From Phaeosaccion multiseriatum (lineage: Eukaryota; Protista; Ochrophyta, other classes), in contig OZ218952.1 in NCBI GenBank assembly GCA_965112735.1, positions 3,162,001-3,226,000 of the forward strand: 64,000 nucleotides of DNA. The letters are read 5' to 3'. This document shows, piece by piece, positions 1 to 11,458 of the stretch; the first letter of the stretch is position 1, and every line of letters starts with the position of its first letter. Made by a program: the position numbers and the translations under genes. Under the pieces are notes generated by a model. It ran no database searches. It was not told where the DNA came from and was given only the letters and a program-made list of their open reading frames with translations.

Positions 1-761
1 GTGCCATGTCTTCCGCCTCCCCTTCCTTCAGGTCCACGGGGGTGGTGGTGAGGGGGGCCATCGTTGAGGCTCATGTGCTCCAACGAATTGCCTAGGCCCA
101 TGTCACCAGCGTGCGGGTGGGGGCGGTGGACACCTTTCCCCCTACCGCGACCACCACGGCGGGGTGCTCCACGGTCATGGCCGGGGCATCCTCCCTGCCG
201 AGCTCCTCCTCCGTGCTGAGTGCGGCGCAGAGCGAAGCGGTGAAAGTCTCTGAGCTTCTCTTTGTCGATGAGCCCCAGATTGGCGAAGCGGCCGGGGAGC
301 ACCTTGAGGGCCTGGAGGAGAGTCAGTGCCTCGATATTGCTGTGCACCCCGCCACCCATGCCCTTGACGAGCACAGAGAGCAGCGTCCCAGCAGCGGCCT
401 CGTCATTCTCCATGCAGTCTCCGCACCAGTCCCAGGAACTTTCCTCCACTGGAAAGTCGGCGGCGTCTTTCATCGCCTCCTTGAGCTGCTGCCCCTTTAT
501 CAGCTGAGCGCCCTTCAGGCGACACACCGGCAGCTGCACGAGACGCAGGAAGCGCCACAGCTGAGTGGGGGTCAGGCCTAGCCCGAAGCTGTCCTCCAGA
601 GTCGCGGTGGCGGAGCGGAGGAGGTCAGATGCCTCAGGGTCAGCGTCCAGCGATGCGTGGAGAGCGGCCAAGCGCGTGTTCATCGAAAGGGGGGCGCACT
701 CGGCGATGTCCTCCTCCTGTTGCGTGTTCATCTCGTTCTCGTTCTTGTTGTTGAGCGTCAT
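1..761 (-). CDS. Hypothetical protein, 3'-partial (runs off the left edge), with a Gly/Arg/His-rich low-complexity segment
   Basis: Translated by hand. ATG at 761 (MTLNNKNENEMNTQQEEDIAECAPLSMNTRLAALHASLD...) stays open to base 1. It is missing from the ORF track because it has no stop in the window. The overlapping + ORFs are antisense shadows. Confidence 0.7.
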   Translation of the reverse strand, partial: MTLNNKNENEMNTQQEEDIAECAPLSMNTRLAALHASLDADPEASDLLRSATATLEDSFGLGLTPTQLWRFLRLVQLPVCRLKGAQLIKGQQLKEAMKDAADFPVEESSWDWCGDCMENDEAAAGTLLSVLVKGMGGGVHSNIEALTLLQALKVLPGRFANLGLIDKEKLRDFHRFALRRTQHGGGARQGGCPGHDRGAPRRGGRGRGKGVHRPHPHAGDMGLGNSLEHMSLNDGPPHHHPRGPEGRGGGRHG

Positions 762-916
762 GTTGTTCAACGTATGTGCGAAAGTGACACCCAGAAGAAG
801 AAGAGGCGGGGAAGAGAACGGGATTGTTCGTCGTTACAGAAATTGAATTGAAACTCAAACTTCAAACTTGGTCGTGAATTGAATACAATCCGCAATCCGT
901 GAAGTAAGGCAACAGC

Positions 917-1462
917 ATGGCATCACGCAAGCTCTGTTTCTTCCTTCTGCCTCTTGTTCTTCTTCTGCGCTCATCCCTTGGGCATGGCATAATACAGACT
1001 GGCAATCTCGTCCGTGAAGGCGAGCTTGGCCTGCTGCCGCTTCAGCTTACAAGGAGGGGGGACCAGGTCATTCTCGACACTCAAGTGCAGGGCTCGGGCC
1101 AGCTCAACACGATGAATAGAACCCAAAGAACAATTAAAGGGTCCCTCTTCATCCTGAACGGTCTGATGCTCGCCTCAGTACCAGTGGTCTGGCCGGCGGC
1201 GGCGATGTCCGGCATTATGGCAATGAATGGACCAGAGGGCGGTAAACAGCCGCTCTCGCACCACCTGATGTACTACTGGGGACTCCTCTATCCGGTGCCG
1301 ATCTTGATCGGCGCTGCAGGAGTTTTTAGGCACCGGGCAGACGAGACCCTTCGGCTGTTGCTGCGGTACACGGGCATCGCGCTGCTGAGCCCGGTTGGAA
1401 TACCTGCAGTCATTCTCGCCCTGAGCGTTTTCTGCCACGGCAACTTCGATTGTAAAACCTAA
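917..1462 (+). CDS. Small membrane protein with a signal peptide and about 3 TM helices, function unknown
   Basis: 181-aa ORF with a hydrophobic N-terminus (MASRKLCFFLLPLVLLLRSSLG) and hydrophobic segments SLFILNGLMLASVPVVW, YYWGLLYPVPILIGAAGV and YTGIALLSPVGIPAVILALSVF. It is divergent from the gene starting at 761. Confidence 0.65.
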   Translation: MASRKLCFFLLPLVLLLRSSLGHGIIQTGNLVREGELGLLPLQLTRRGDQVILDTQVQGSGQLNTMNRTQRTIKGSLFILNGLMLASVPVVWPAAAMSGIMAMNGPEGGKQPLSHHLMYYWGLLYPVPILIGAAGVFRHRADETLRLLLRYTGIALLSPVGIPAVILALSVFCHGNFDCKT

Positions 1463-2226
1463 ACCTAGGTAGCAGTGATAAGCGGAGAGAAAGATACTGA
1501 AGAGTCTGGACGTCAAACAGGTGCGGAGCCTTCGTGGGCTTGCAGGCGAGACTTTGGAGCTTCATTTTTCCAATTGGATTTTGACGGAGAGCGAGCGGCT
1601 CAGGTGTGAAAAAGCCGAGTGCGCTTTCCGGTGGAAGAAATGACGGAACGGCTTACTACGGATCACCTTGCGGAACGTGATGGTGCGGAGCGAGGTTGGA
1701 AAGGCCGGACAATCAGCGGATTGCTCTTTAGTGGGTGCAGAATCACAGGCAGGCAGCGGCGACCTTGGGTGCGAGGGCAGCAGGCAAAGTAGGCTAAGGT
1801 CAGCCCCATGCAGAGAGAAGACTGCGGTGGAGGCAAAGGAGGTACTTTTTTGCGAGGGTACGATCATCAGTGGCGCTGACACGACAGCTACGGATGCGAC
1901 GTCTGAAGGTATCGACAGCACGACTATCGGCGTGGCTGTGACTATGCGTGTATTCTGATGCCCTTGCAGGACAAGGCAAGAATGTCGAAGTTGGACACAT
2001 TACACATGTGTTTGGAGGTAGCGTACTACTAGAAGAGCAGACAGCCATGCTCAAAGACCACCCCATTTCGAATTCTTCTCTTCTAGGCTTTCTCGAGACG
2101 GAGCAATGGTGATGACGAGGAGGGTGAAAGTCAGGAGAACAAGTGAGTGTGCCCACCGGGGTCACCTTCTGCTCTGGCCCCATCAAGGCCTCGCTAGCTG
2201 ACTCGGCAAGGGCGCGGTGCTATTTG

Positions 2227-2674
2227 TCGGCCCCGTGCACGCCTAGCGGCCTAGGCCTATTTTGGAAAATTGCCCGGCCTAGCGAGGGCCGTAGGCCCTC
2301 GGCCTATTTATAGGCCGCCTAGGCGGCGGCCTAGGCGGGGGCCGGAGGCCCGCGGCCTAGGGCAGACGCCAACTAGGCGCAGGTCTATGCTCATATGCCC
2401 CTGGGCTGGCCCGGAACCCGCCCAAGTGTCGTCAGTTTTAAGCAAATGTATTGCATGGGATAAGTGAGGAGTAAACTTGGTTCGTGTTGTCTCTTTCCGC
2501 CTCGCTGGCCCTACGAGGAGTGCAGGCCTACAGGTGTGCTGCTACCCACTGGCTGGGCGGCACCACGCAAGCGCCCACGGTCACTGGGAGGCTGCCTAGA
2601 GACGGGCTATAGGCCGCCTAGGGCTGAAAAGTGAGCGGCCTAGAGCCTAGGCCGCTAGGCGTGCACGGGGCCGA
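2227..2674. mobile_element. Non-autonomous DNA transposon (MITE), 448 bp, with 30-bp perfect TIRs and a 6-bp TSD (TATTTG)
   Basis: TCGGCCCCGTGCACGCCTAGCGGCCTAGGC at 2227-2256 and its exact reverse complement at 2645-2674. TATTTG lies directly outside both ends (2221-2226 and 2675-2680). Many internal CCTAG/CTAGG subterminal motifs; no transposase. Confidence 0.92.
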
Positions 2675-2948
2675 TATTTGAACAATTTAGAATAGTCATC
2701 AATCACGAGGGAAACCATTGGGCCCGTCAAAGTCGACCTTTCTCGGTGGCGCCTGTACTCTAAAATCATGTCAATCCGGAATAAGAATGAACGTCGACGA
2801 GTGTGGACTCAGTGCACACACCGGGTCGGTCGGAAACCCTCTCGGAATATGGTCTGAAACTCTCGTCGCTATCGTACCTTCCTCAACAGGAAGCAAACAT
2901 AGTAGAAACAAAGTGCCGAACGAACGACAGACACCCAAACCCCCTCTA

Positions 2949-4199
2949 CTACGAAACTTGGAGGACCATTCGGGGCATATCCCTTCGTGGTGGAGACACG
3001 TGAGTCCCGCGCAGGGTACGTCTCACGCAGCAGTTCTTGTCCCACTCTCCCTTGCTGCTGCCACCCCCCGCCGCCCCTCTCGTCCTCGCAGGGTCCTGGT
3101 CGTCCTCTCGAATCAAGCGAACGTTCTCCACCAAGCTGGGATTGTTTCCATCGCTGAGGTTGCAAATCTTGAAGGCCCGAGTGCTGAGGAGAGTGTTGGT
3201 CAGACTGGCCAGCTCGTTGGGGGTGAAGCCCACGTCTTTCTGGAACATGGAAGGAGGTGCCACATAGGCACTCACTCGACCCCGTCTCCGTTTGCTCTTG
3301 CCACCACTACTCAGTGATGTCTTGGTTCCTATGGCCCCACTTACCGATCTCCTCGCCGCTGCTGCTGCTGTTGTCCCTTCGTCCTTCCCTCCAGTCCTTG
3401 TCCCTGTTGATGCGCTGCTGCTGCTGTGCCCCATACTTTGGCCATCCACAGGGGGGGGCGCTCGCCTGACTGGGCGCCCCCCGCCGCCTCCGCTGCTGAC
3501 GAGATTCGGGAAAATCACCTTCGCCCTCTCGATTTGGTTCGCACGGTACGCCAAAATCACTCGCTGCGCCTCGTGGAAAGAAATGTAGCCTTCCTCGTCT
3601 CTGCGCAGTCCTTCAAACAGGGCCCGTACCTCCTTCTCTGTGATCTGCCGCATGTAGCCCCTGCCCTTGTTGGTCTTTAGATGCGAGTCCGCCTGTGCTA
3701 TGATATCCTCTTTCTCCGCCTCGTTCAAGACGCAGAGCGGGCGGCTGTCCCCAATGTAGACCTGGAGAATGTCCTCACGCTCAAAGGTGAGGCACAGCGA
3801 GTCGAGCTCCCACGGCTGCACGGTGTGCGTGCCCTTGTACCCGCTCCGTAGCTCGCCGTTCTTACCCAGCGGCCCGTACATGCCAAAAGCGTACAGTCTG
3901 CCTGACGACAAGGGATGCTGGAGGTTGGGGGGGAACATGAAGGAAATCAACTCATCCAGGTCCACCTTGGCCGTCCGGTGGAGCTTGTCTCGTATCGACC
4001 TCACCAACCCCTGCTGTACATCCCATGTCGAAGAAGACCTCCTACTAATGCTTTTCCTGGTGTTGCCTCGACTGCTACCGGACGCGCTGAAGGAGAAGCG
4101 CTCCGGATTCGTTCCTTTGCTGCTGCCTGTTCCTCCCAAGTCTCCATCCCTACTGCTTCCACTCCCTCTCCTGGTGGTGCTGTCCTTCCGCGCCGACAT
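2949..4199 (-). CDS. Hypothetical protein with an EF-hand-like motif
   Basis: Long intronless ORF, first ATG at 4199 (MSARKDST...). The segment EVRALFEGLRRDEEGYISFHEAQRVI resembles an EF-hand helix-loop-helix. Confidence 0.7.
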   Translation of the reverse strand: MSARKDSTTRRGSGSSRDGDLGGTGSSKGTNPERFSFSASGSSRGNTRKSISRRSSSTWDVQQGLVRSIRDKLHRTAKVDLDELISFMFPPNLQHPLSSGRLYAFGMYGPLGKNGELRSGYKGTHTVQPWELDSLCLTFEREDILQVYIGDSRPLCVLNEAEKEDIIAQADSHLKTNKGRGYMRQITEKEVRALFEGLRRDEEGYISFHEAQRVILAYRANQIERAKVIFPNLVSSGGGGGRPVRRAPPPVDGQSMGHSSSSASTGTRTGGKDEGTTAAAAARRSVSGAIGTKTSLSSGGKSKRRRGRVSAYVAPPSMFQKDVGFTPNELASLTNTLLSTRAFKICNLSDGNNPSLVENVRLIREDDQDPARTRGAAGGGSSKGEWDKNCCVRRTLRGTHVSPPRRDMPRMVLQVS

Positions 4200-4419
4200 T
4201 TCCTCCAGAACAACGGCCAAGACCTCACAAGCGAAGAAGAGGGGTCGGCTCAAGCATCTTCACTGTACTGATCACTAGAGAAAGAGAGAGAGAGAGGGGG
4301 GGGGGGTGGGGGGGGGGGGAGACGGAGAGAGGGAGAGAGAGGAGAGAAGGAAATTCAGAAAACGGTTACAGAAAGGAAATTTGAGGAGGAGGGGTCGCAG
4401 CGATGATCCAGCGATAAGG

Positions 4420-4703
4420 ATGGTGCTTGACCCAGGTGCTGTGGACCTGAAGTGCAAAGATGTAACGTCGTATAAGCCGACAGGCAGCTTTAAAGGTACG
4501 AACAGTCAATCTTATCTCTCTTTGTCTGCGTCTCTCCCTCCTTCTCACTTGTCTTTCTTCTTCTCTCTCTCCACTCTCCCTCTGCCTCTCTCTCTTTCGC
4601 TCGCCCTTTCACACACACTCAACCTCTCTCTTTGTCTGTCTCTCTCGTTCTCTTTCCCTCCCTCCCTCCCTCCCTCCCTCTCTCTCCGTCTGCCTTCCCG
4701 TCT

Positions 4704-4768
<65 letters not shown>

Positions 4769-6084
4769 TCACTTTCTCTCTCCCTCTCTCACTTTCTCTC
4801 TCCCTCTCACGCTCACTCTCCTCTCTGTCTTCTTTCTCTTCTCGCTGTCTCTCTCCTCTCTCCCTCCCGCCCTCCCTCTCGCTCCCTCTGTACCCTCCCC
4901 CCATAGTGGACTACTTGGCTCTCTGTGAAAAGCTGCAGCTCGTGCCGCATCCCTGCGTGCTTCCGTCCTCTCCTGGTGACGAGGACTCCTCCACCGAAGA
5001 GCTCAACATCACCAACAAGAGCAGCAATGAGAATGGCGATGCCGAGGAGGGTTGCTGCTACGCCCCCGACCGCTATGACATGACAGAGAGCGACGTTATC
5101 AGCGTACGGAATGTAGAGCTTGACAGCGGTCATCTGAAGCTCCTGCTACACGTGATTCAACTGTGTCCGGCAGTGACGAACCTGGCCTTGCACAGCGCAG
5201 GCCTGTCGCCGGAGGGTGTGCGTTTCCTGGCGGAGGCTTTGCCAATGGCGGGCTTGGAGACACTTGCAGTAGACTTTAATCCGTTGCTGGAGGAGGGCAA
5301 GGGCGAAGAAGCAGAGCTCGACGACCAAGCAGCAGCGGCGGGAGCGCAAGCAGGGGACGCATCTTCCCTCTTCTCCCTGCTCTTGGGTGCTCCTTGTACC
5401 CAGAGGAGTCTTTCTCTCCGCGGCTGCGGCATCTCGGACAGCGGAGCGGTGGCCCTTTCGGCGGCCCTCGAGGGAAACATTGCCCTCTGTACCCTCAATT
5501 TGTTCGGCAATCGGATAGGGGACAGGGGAGCGGCGGCCTTGGTGGAGAGCCTGAAGCTCAACACGTGTTTGAATGGCCTCTCGCTTGCGTCCAACCGAGT
5601 GGGGTGTGATACCTTGGGCAAGTTTTCAGAGCTCTTTGTGGGGGGCTATGGGGTGGACGAGACGTTGCAGAGGAAGCGGGAGGAGAGAGAGAGAGACGTG
5701 GCGGCCTTTGAAAAGGCAGCCGAGGGGGCGGGTAAGAAGAAGAAAGGAGGGGGAGGAGGAGGGAAAGGGGGGGCAGCCGGGGGAGCGGGAGTGGCGGCGG
5801 TGGCACCAGGCGAGATCCCTCCACTGGCTGCCATGTCCACGGGAGAAGGCGGCCGCATGGTCGCAGCGGGCAACAGGAGCCTCGCGGTGCTCAACTTGTC
5901 AGACAATCGGTATGGGGAAAAGGAGAACGTAGAAGACTTCCTCAAGGCTTTGGCACAGCCGTCGGTGGCGAGTGAGCTGAGGCAGACACTGAGGGCCATC
6001 TATCTACAGCACAGCGGAGGGGCAAGTAATCTGGGGCTGTCGGACGAGCTGGAGGCGCTCCAACCAGCGTTGGTGGTTCTGTAA
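4420..6084 (+). CDS. LRRC71: Leucine-rich repeat protein, LRRC71-like (RNI-type LRRs). Exons 4420-4495 and 4907-6084
   Basis: Removing the GT-AG intron 4496-4906 (CT/CA microsatellite) gives SYKPTGSFKVDYLALCEK. RNI-like repeats follow (SLSLRGCGISDSGA, TLNLFGNRIGDRGAAALVESLKLN, GLSLASNRVG), then a Lys-rich insert and GRMVAAGNRSLAVLNLSDN. This is the layout I recall for LRRC71. Confidence 0.75.
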
Positions 6085-6368
6085 ATAGTAGCCGAAAAGC
6101 TTGCTTGCTCTCTCCTCCCCCAATACTCCCTTCTTCTTTCGTATCATCTTTTGTTGATACTTTCGTTCCTTTTAGCCTCTCCACCACGCCTCGCTGCAAC
6201 TCCACCACCGCACAACAGTAGTACCGTAGTGGTCGTGCTGTGATAGCCTGCTTGCTCCCCCCCGAGTACGTATCGTTCTAGAGTCGTCTCATGTACTTAG
6301 TGATTGCAATCACTCACTCCAAACATACACACACACCGCAAAGTTCCGACGCGGGGGTCCACTATTCA

Positions 6369-6762
6369 CTAGTCGTACAGAGTATGTATCTTCTCCTTCT
6401 TGGTGGTGAAGCGCAACTCATAGCTGGGGTCAATGAGGCTCATTACGAAGGTGACAAGAACACTCAGGAATGTTGGGCCCTTCTTCTTGTCCTTCCTTAG
6501 GCTGCTCGGCTTCTTCGCCGCCTCTGTTGCCTTCGCTTTCCCCTTGCTGGTGGAAGTAGCAGTAGCAGGAGAGCTCTTCGCCTCCTCTGCGGGCCTATCC
6601 CTGCTGCTGTTTGCTTTGCTACTCGTCTTCGTGCGTGACCCTCTCCTACTGCTGCTGCTGCTGCTGCTGCCGCTGTCGTTGCTGTTGCTGCTGCTGCTCG
6701 AGGACTGTTTCTTCTTCTTCTTCCTCTTCTTCTTCCCATCGCTAGTGCCACTTTTCTTGGTT

Positions 6763-6821
<59 letters not shown>

Positions 6822-7043
6822 CCCTCCCGACTTGGCCCCTCCCCGCAGGAGTATGGCCGCCTTTGCGCTCCTACAGCTACTGCCGATGCTGCAGCTTCTG
6901 TCCCCCACTAACAACAGAGCCCTGTTTCTCGGTGGCGTGAGGTCTCCTGCCCACGCGCTTCCCACGCTGCAGCGTGCCCAGCAGAGGGCACAGCTCCAGA
7001 GGAGCAGGGCACATCCGAGATGAACCCTGAACAAAGAGGTCAT
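6369..7043 (-). CDS. Signal-peptide protein with an LRGG motif, Ser/Lys-rich linker and C-terminal hydrophobic segment
   Basis: First ATG at 7043; hydrophobic leader; AAILLRGG; poly-Ser from (AGC)n; C-terminus PTFLSVLVTFVMSLIDPSY...KIHTLYD*. Confidence 0.7.
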
Positions 7044-7267
7044 CGGCCGCACAGCAAGAAGCGCAAAGAGAGCAAAGAAGAGAGCAGGTCAGTACACGAA
7101 CAAGCAAAACAGATAGAGACGTCTTCTCCCTCACCTCATGTCGCAAGGCTACTGGCGTGAGCTATTAGGGGGGTTGGCGATTCCCGACTCACAGCGGGCG
7201 ATGGCTCGAGCCGCCCCACCGACCTCACAATCAAGGTCTCCTCTTGCTAGGCGAGCTAGAGAGGACG

Positions 7268-10200
7268 ATGAAGCGGGCGATGAAGAGGGCGGGCCCTCTG
7301 CTCTTTCTATGCAGCACCAGTGAGTCCTTCCAGGGCTTTCTCGTGCAACCAGGGGTGCTGCCGTCGCCACACCCCACATGGAGTGGAGCCGCCAGGACTA
7401 GCAGCTCTGGCCCGATGATGATGATGCAGCTGGCCCGGGGAGGGGGAAGGGGGGGCAGGGGGAGAGGGGGGCGTGGAGGAGGAGGGAGGGGAGGACGAGG
7501 GCGAGGAGGGGGCGGGAGAGGAGGACGAGGGCGGGGGGGGAGAGGAGGAGGAGGAGGAGGAGGAGGAGGAGGAGGAGGAGGAGGCGAATGGGAGCCCCGA
7601 GGAGATGATTACTGGGAGCAGCAGGGGGCACGTGGCGGGGAGCTTAGGGGTGGGGGTGGGGGTGGGGGTGGAGGAGCGTATAGAGACCCTGGCGACAAGA
7701 ATCACCGCAACTGGGCCAGTGATGAGATGGATGAGCGCCTGGACTCCCAGAGGTATCCAAATCGGAGAGGCCAGATGCAGCAACAACAGCCAATGATCCC
7801 CCTGAACTTCAATACTGACTACGAGGAGATGACGCTGGGGGCGAGTGGGGGCTTGCAGCGAGCTACGGCAAAGACAGGCGAGGCATCTGCGGGGGGGGCG
7901 GGAGGGGCAGACGAACCCGCAGCGGCAGCCCAGGCCCTGATGGATCGAGAGCACTTCTTCAGTCGCAAAAGCCTGGGGGAGATTGGCACGTCTAGCGAGG
8001 CAGGCGCGGCGCTGATGGCCCTCGGGATCGATCGCCCAAGCAAGATTCAAGCCATTGCACACCGGCAGGTGCTGGCCGGACACCATTGCATCATTGCTGA
8101 GCAGGTGTGTGTGTATGTGTGTGTGTGGGGGGGGGGGGGGGCGGGGTATTTGTTTCTGTGTCTCTGTGTATCTTTGTGATTGTTGTACAATCCTTTCGTC
8201 CTCTCTCCCCACGCACGCGTGTCTGCTGGTGTGTGTTATCGGAGAATCCATCCATCCTCGCCTCACAACCTCGTCTTTGGGCTCCCTCCCCCTCCTCCCA
8301 ACCTGTCCGTCTCACTTCGATTTGCACATGCGTCGTCTCTTGCTCGCTCACTCGCTCGCTTGCTTGCTTTGCTTCTTCGCGCATCGCAGACGGGGAGCGG
8401 CAAGACGTTGGCGTATCTCCTACCCCTCGTACAACGGCTAAGAGAGGAGGAGAGGTCAGCAGCCACCGCCGCAGGTGAAGACGAGGAGCCAAGGGGGGGG
8501 GAGGGCGACGAGCCGAGGGGGGAGGGCCGCCGGGGATACCAGCAGCAGGGCGGAGGGAGGGGCAGGGGAGGGCGCCCAAGAGGGGGCCTTGGACCGGGAA
8601 GAGCGAGGCCTTATCGCCCCAGAGTGGTCATCCTCGCCCCCACCAGCGAGCTCGCACAGCAAGTGCACGGAGTAGCACGGCAGCTGGCCGGCCTCATGCC
8701 CTTCCGCTGCGCCTGCTTCACCGGTGGAGGGGGGAGAGGGAGCACCAAGACCCAACGCTCCATCCTGGAAGAGGGTCTTGACGTCCTCGTGGCAACTCCG
8801 GGCAGAGTGAGCACCCTTCTCGAGGATGATGTGTTGAATTTAGAGGATGCCCGAGCAGTCGTGCTGGACGAGGTGGACGTGCTCTTCTCGGATGACACGT
8901 TTAAGCTTGCCCCGATCGGGGCCTCGGCTCCGGATGACGCGCAGTTCATCTTTGCGACGGCCACACTGCCACAGGATGTGGCAGACATGGTAAAGGCGGA
9001 GTTTCCCGGTGAGCACGTCTTTTTTTTTCTTCTTTTTTTTCGGGTTAGCACTTGGTGAATTGTGTAGTGACAGAGACTTGTCTTAAGTTGTGTTGATGTG
9101 TGTGCCTGCCTTGTTTGGCCCTTCGCTAAGGTGCGTGTCTCAACTCATTCGTGCGTGCTCTTCCCCGTGGTACAACTACCTGACCACCTGCCTCCCAACG
9201 TACCTCCTTCCCCATATACATACCTACCTACCTACCTACCTACCTACCTACCTACCTACCTACCTACCTACCTACCTACATACCTTCCGACCTAAATACC
9301 TTCCGACCTACCTACCTACCTACCTACTTACACCCCACCTACCTACCTACTACCTACCTACCTACCTACCAACCAACCTGCCTACGTTCCTACCTACCTA
9401 CCTCCCTCCCTACCTCCCTCCCTACCTACCTACCTACCTACCTACCTACCTACCTGTATACCTTCCTGCCTTCGCGCAGGCGTCAAGTCGTTGATGGGAC
9501 CCGGGCTGCACCGCGTGGCCCCCGGGGTGGAGGAGGTCTTGATCGACTGTAGCGGCCCGCCAGAGGAGGTCAAGACAGAGGAGACGGGCTCCGTGCACAA
9601 GAGAGAGGCCCTCGTCAGGCAGCTCAAGAGACACCAGGTATCGTAGGTACATGTGCTTACGTGACTAATTGGTTTGACAGGCAGATGTTAGACAGGCACG
9701 ATCTGGTGTCAGTCAGTCAGTCAGTCAGTCCGTCAGCCGGAGTGGGGCAGCTAGCTCTTGGCTTCTCTTGCTCTCTTGCTGCTTCTCTTTCTGTTGTCGG
9801 GGAGGGGAAGGGGAAAGGAGGGGGAGAGGAGGGATCGCCCTTCCGAAGAGGCCGAGTGGAGCAGGAGCAGGATGGTCATGAGAAGAGCAGAGAACCCCGC
9901 TCTTGACTGACATTTGCGTTTCTCTCCCCCCCCCCCCCTCCCTCCACCATGTCTTTCTTGCCTCTTGCCTGCTGTCTCTTGTGCTTTGTGTTTTTGTGTG
10001 TTGTGCGTATGTTCGTGTGTGTATGTATGTGTGTATGTGTGTGTAGGTGGAGCGCACTTTGGTGTTCTGCAACACCATCCACAGCTGCAGGCAGGTAGAA
10101 AACCAACTCAACAGACTGGACAGGCAGCACCGACAGTTCGAAGTGCTCGCCTTTCACTCGGCCATCGACAGGAAGGTGCGTGTGCGTCGATCAGCTCTTA

Positions 10201-11097
10201 GTTAGGCTTAAGTTAGGTGGTAGGCTTAGTAGTAGGTTTGGTAGAAATCATAGTGAGCTTTGTATGCTTAGTAAGCTTCAGTAAGCGGCCCAGACTGAAT
10301 CACCTTCCTCATCATGCAGAGACAGAGGCTGTGTGTGTGTGTGTATGTGTCACTCAGTCACCTGTGAGCGCTTACCCCTCACGCCTCTCCTTCCTTCGTT
10401 CTCTTGTCTCTCGCTCTTCTTGCATCCCTCTCTCTCCAACTCCCTCTGTGTGTGTCCTTGTGTGTTATACTCGTCTCTCTCTTCTCTCTCTGTCTGTCCA
10501 TTCTTGTGTGCCTGTCTGTGTGTGTGCACCTGTCCTCCCTCCCTTCTCTCTTCGCTCTTCTTACGTACGCCCATCCCATACATACATACGTACATACGTA
10601 CACACACATATATATATACACCCCCGTATGCAACAGTCCGCTGAGGCCAACCTCCAAAAGTTCATGGCACAAAACTCGCTCCGCCCCATGGTGCTGATAT
10701 GCACCGACCGCTCTTCCAGGGGCATGGACTTCGATCGGGCGGCAGTGGACCATGTGGTTCTGTACGACTTCCCTCGTGACCCTGTGGAGTATATGAGAAG
10801 GGTCGGCAGGACAGCACGGGCAGGCAGGAAGGGGCTCGTCACCGTGTTGGCATGGGGTAGACAGGTGAGGAGGAGGAGGAGGAGGAGGAGGAGGAGGAGG
10901 AGGAGGAGGAGGAGGAGGAGGAGGAGGACTACTAGTGAACGGATTGACTCCGTTACTTAACTGCCATCCATTGCTGTCTTTTCATGCGCTGATGACCCTC
11001 GTCCCCCTCCCGACAACCCCGACAGGTGCCTCTGGTGCGTGAGATCATGTCAGGCAACAAGAGAGGCAAGAAGCTACTCTCCTTGGACACAAAGTAG
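7268..11097 (+). CDS. RH50: DEAD-box RNA helicase, RH50-like, probably plastid-targeted. Exons 7268-8104, 8390-9008, 9480-9637, 10047-10175, 10637-10864, 11026-11097
   Basis: Spliced motifs: [82 protein letters not shown]. All introns are GT-AG and keep frame. N-terminal leader and RGG-rich region. Confidence 0.9.
9220..9455 (+). repeat. (CCTA)n microsatellite in RH50 intron 2
   Basis: Long imperfect run of cctacctaccta... Confidence 0.95.
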
Positions 11098-11458
11098 CGG
11101 CAGCGGCAGTGAGAAGCTTCTCTCATTGAACACGTAGAGCGCTCTCCTTACACGCGTCACAGCAGCAGCAGTGGCAGCCCAAGCTCTGCTGTGCCGGTCG
11201 AAGGGATCCCAGTGCCCAAAGCTCGCAGCCATCAGCACGGGGGTACACAACACAAGCGGCACTGTGTTTTGTTCTGAAACGTGTCCACGGAGCCGCAAGA
11301 GTGTGGTCCTTCTTTGTATATAATGCTGAGCAATACGTATATATGTATGTATGTAAGTATAGAAGGAAGAAGGAGAGTGAAGGACTACTCTCTTTTTAAT
11401 ATCTATTCTTACGTACCTAAATTGAGTGATAGTAACATGATGGAAGGGAAAAAAAAAC

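Noticed and set aside
1500-2200. Small ORFs between the membrane protein gene and the MITE
   Set aside because: No recognisable motifs or consistent exon chain; probably UTR or intergenic.
4306-4906. N-terminal SL/HT-repeat segment of the 592-aa ORF
   Set aside because: It is a 411-nt stop-free CT-rich intron read through in frame; the spliced product restores the LRRC71-like motif.
6291-6500. Selenoprotein K-like readthrough of the 6369-7043 gene
   Set aside because: The hydrophobic FVMSLIDP segment is suggestive, but the ORF ends in TAG and lacks a Gly-rich Sec-containing tail.
9220-10250. Telomere-like repeats ((CCTA)n and TTAGG-like words)
   Set aside because: Intronic and not a regular TTAGGG-type array; better explained as microsatellites.
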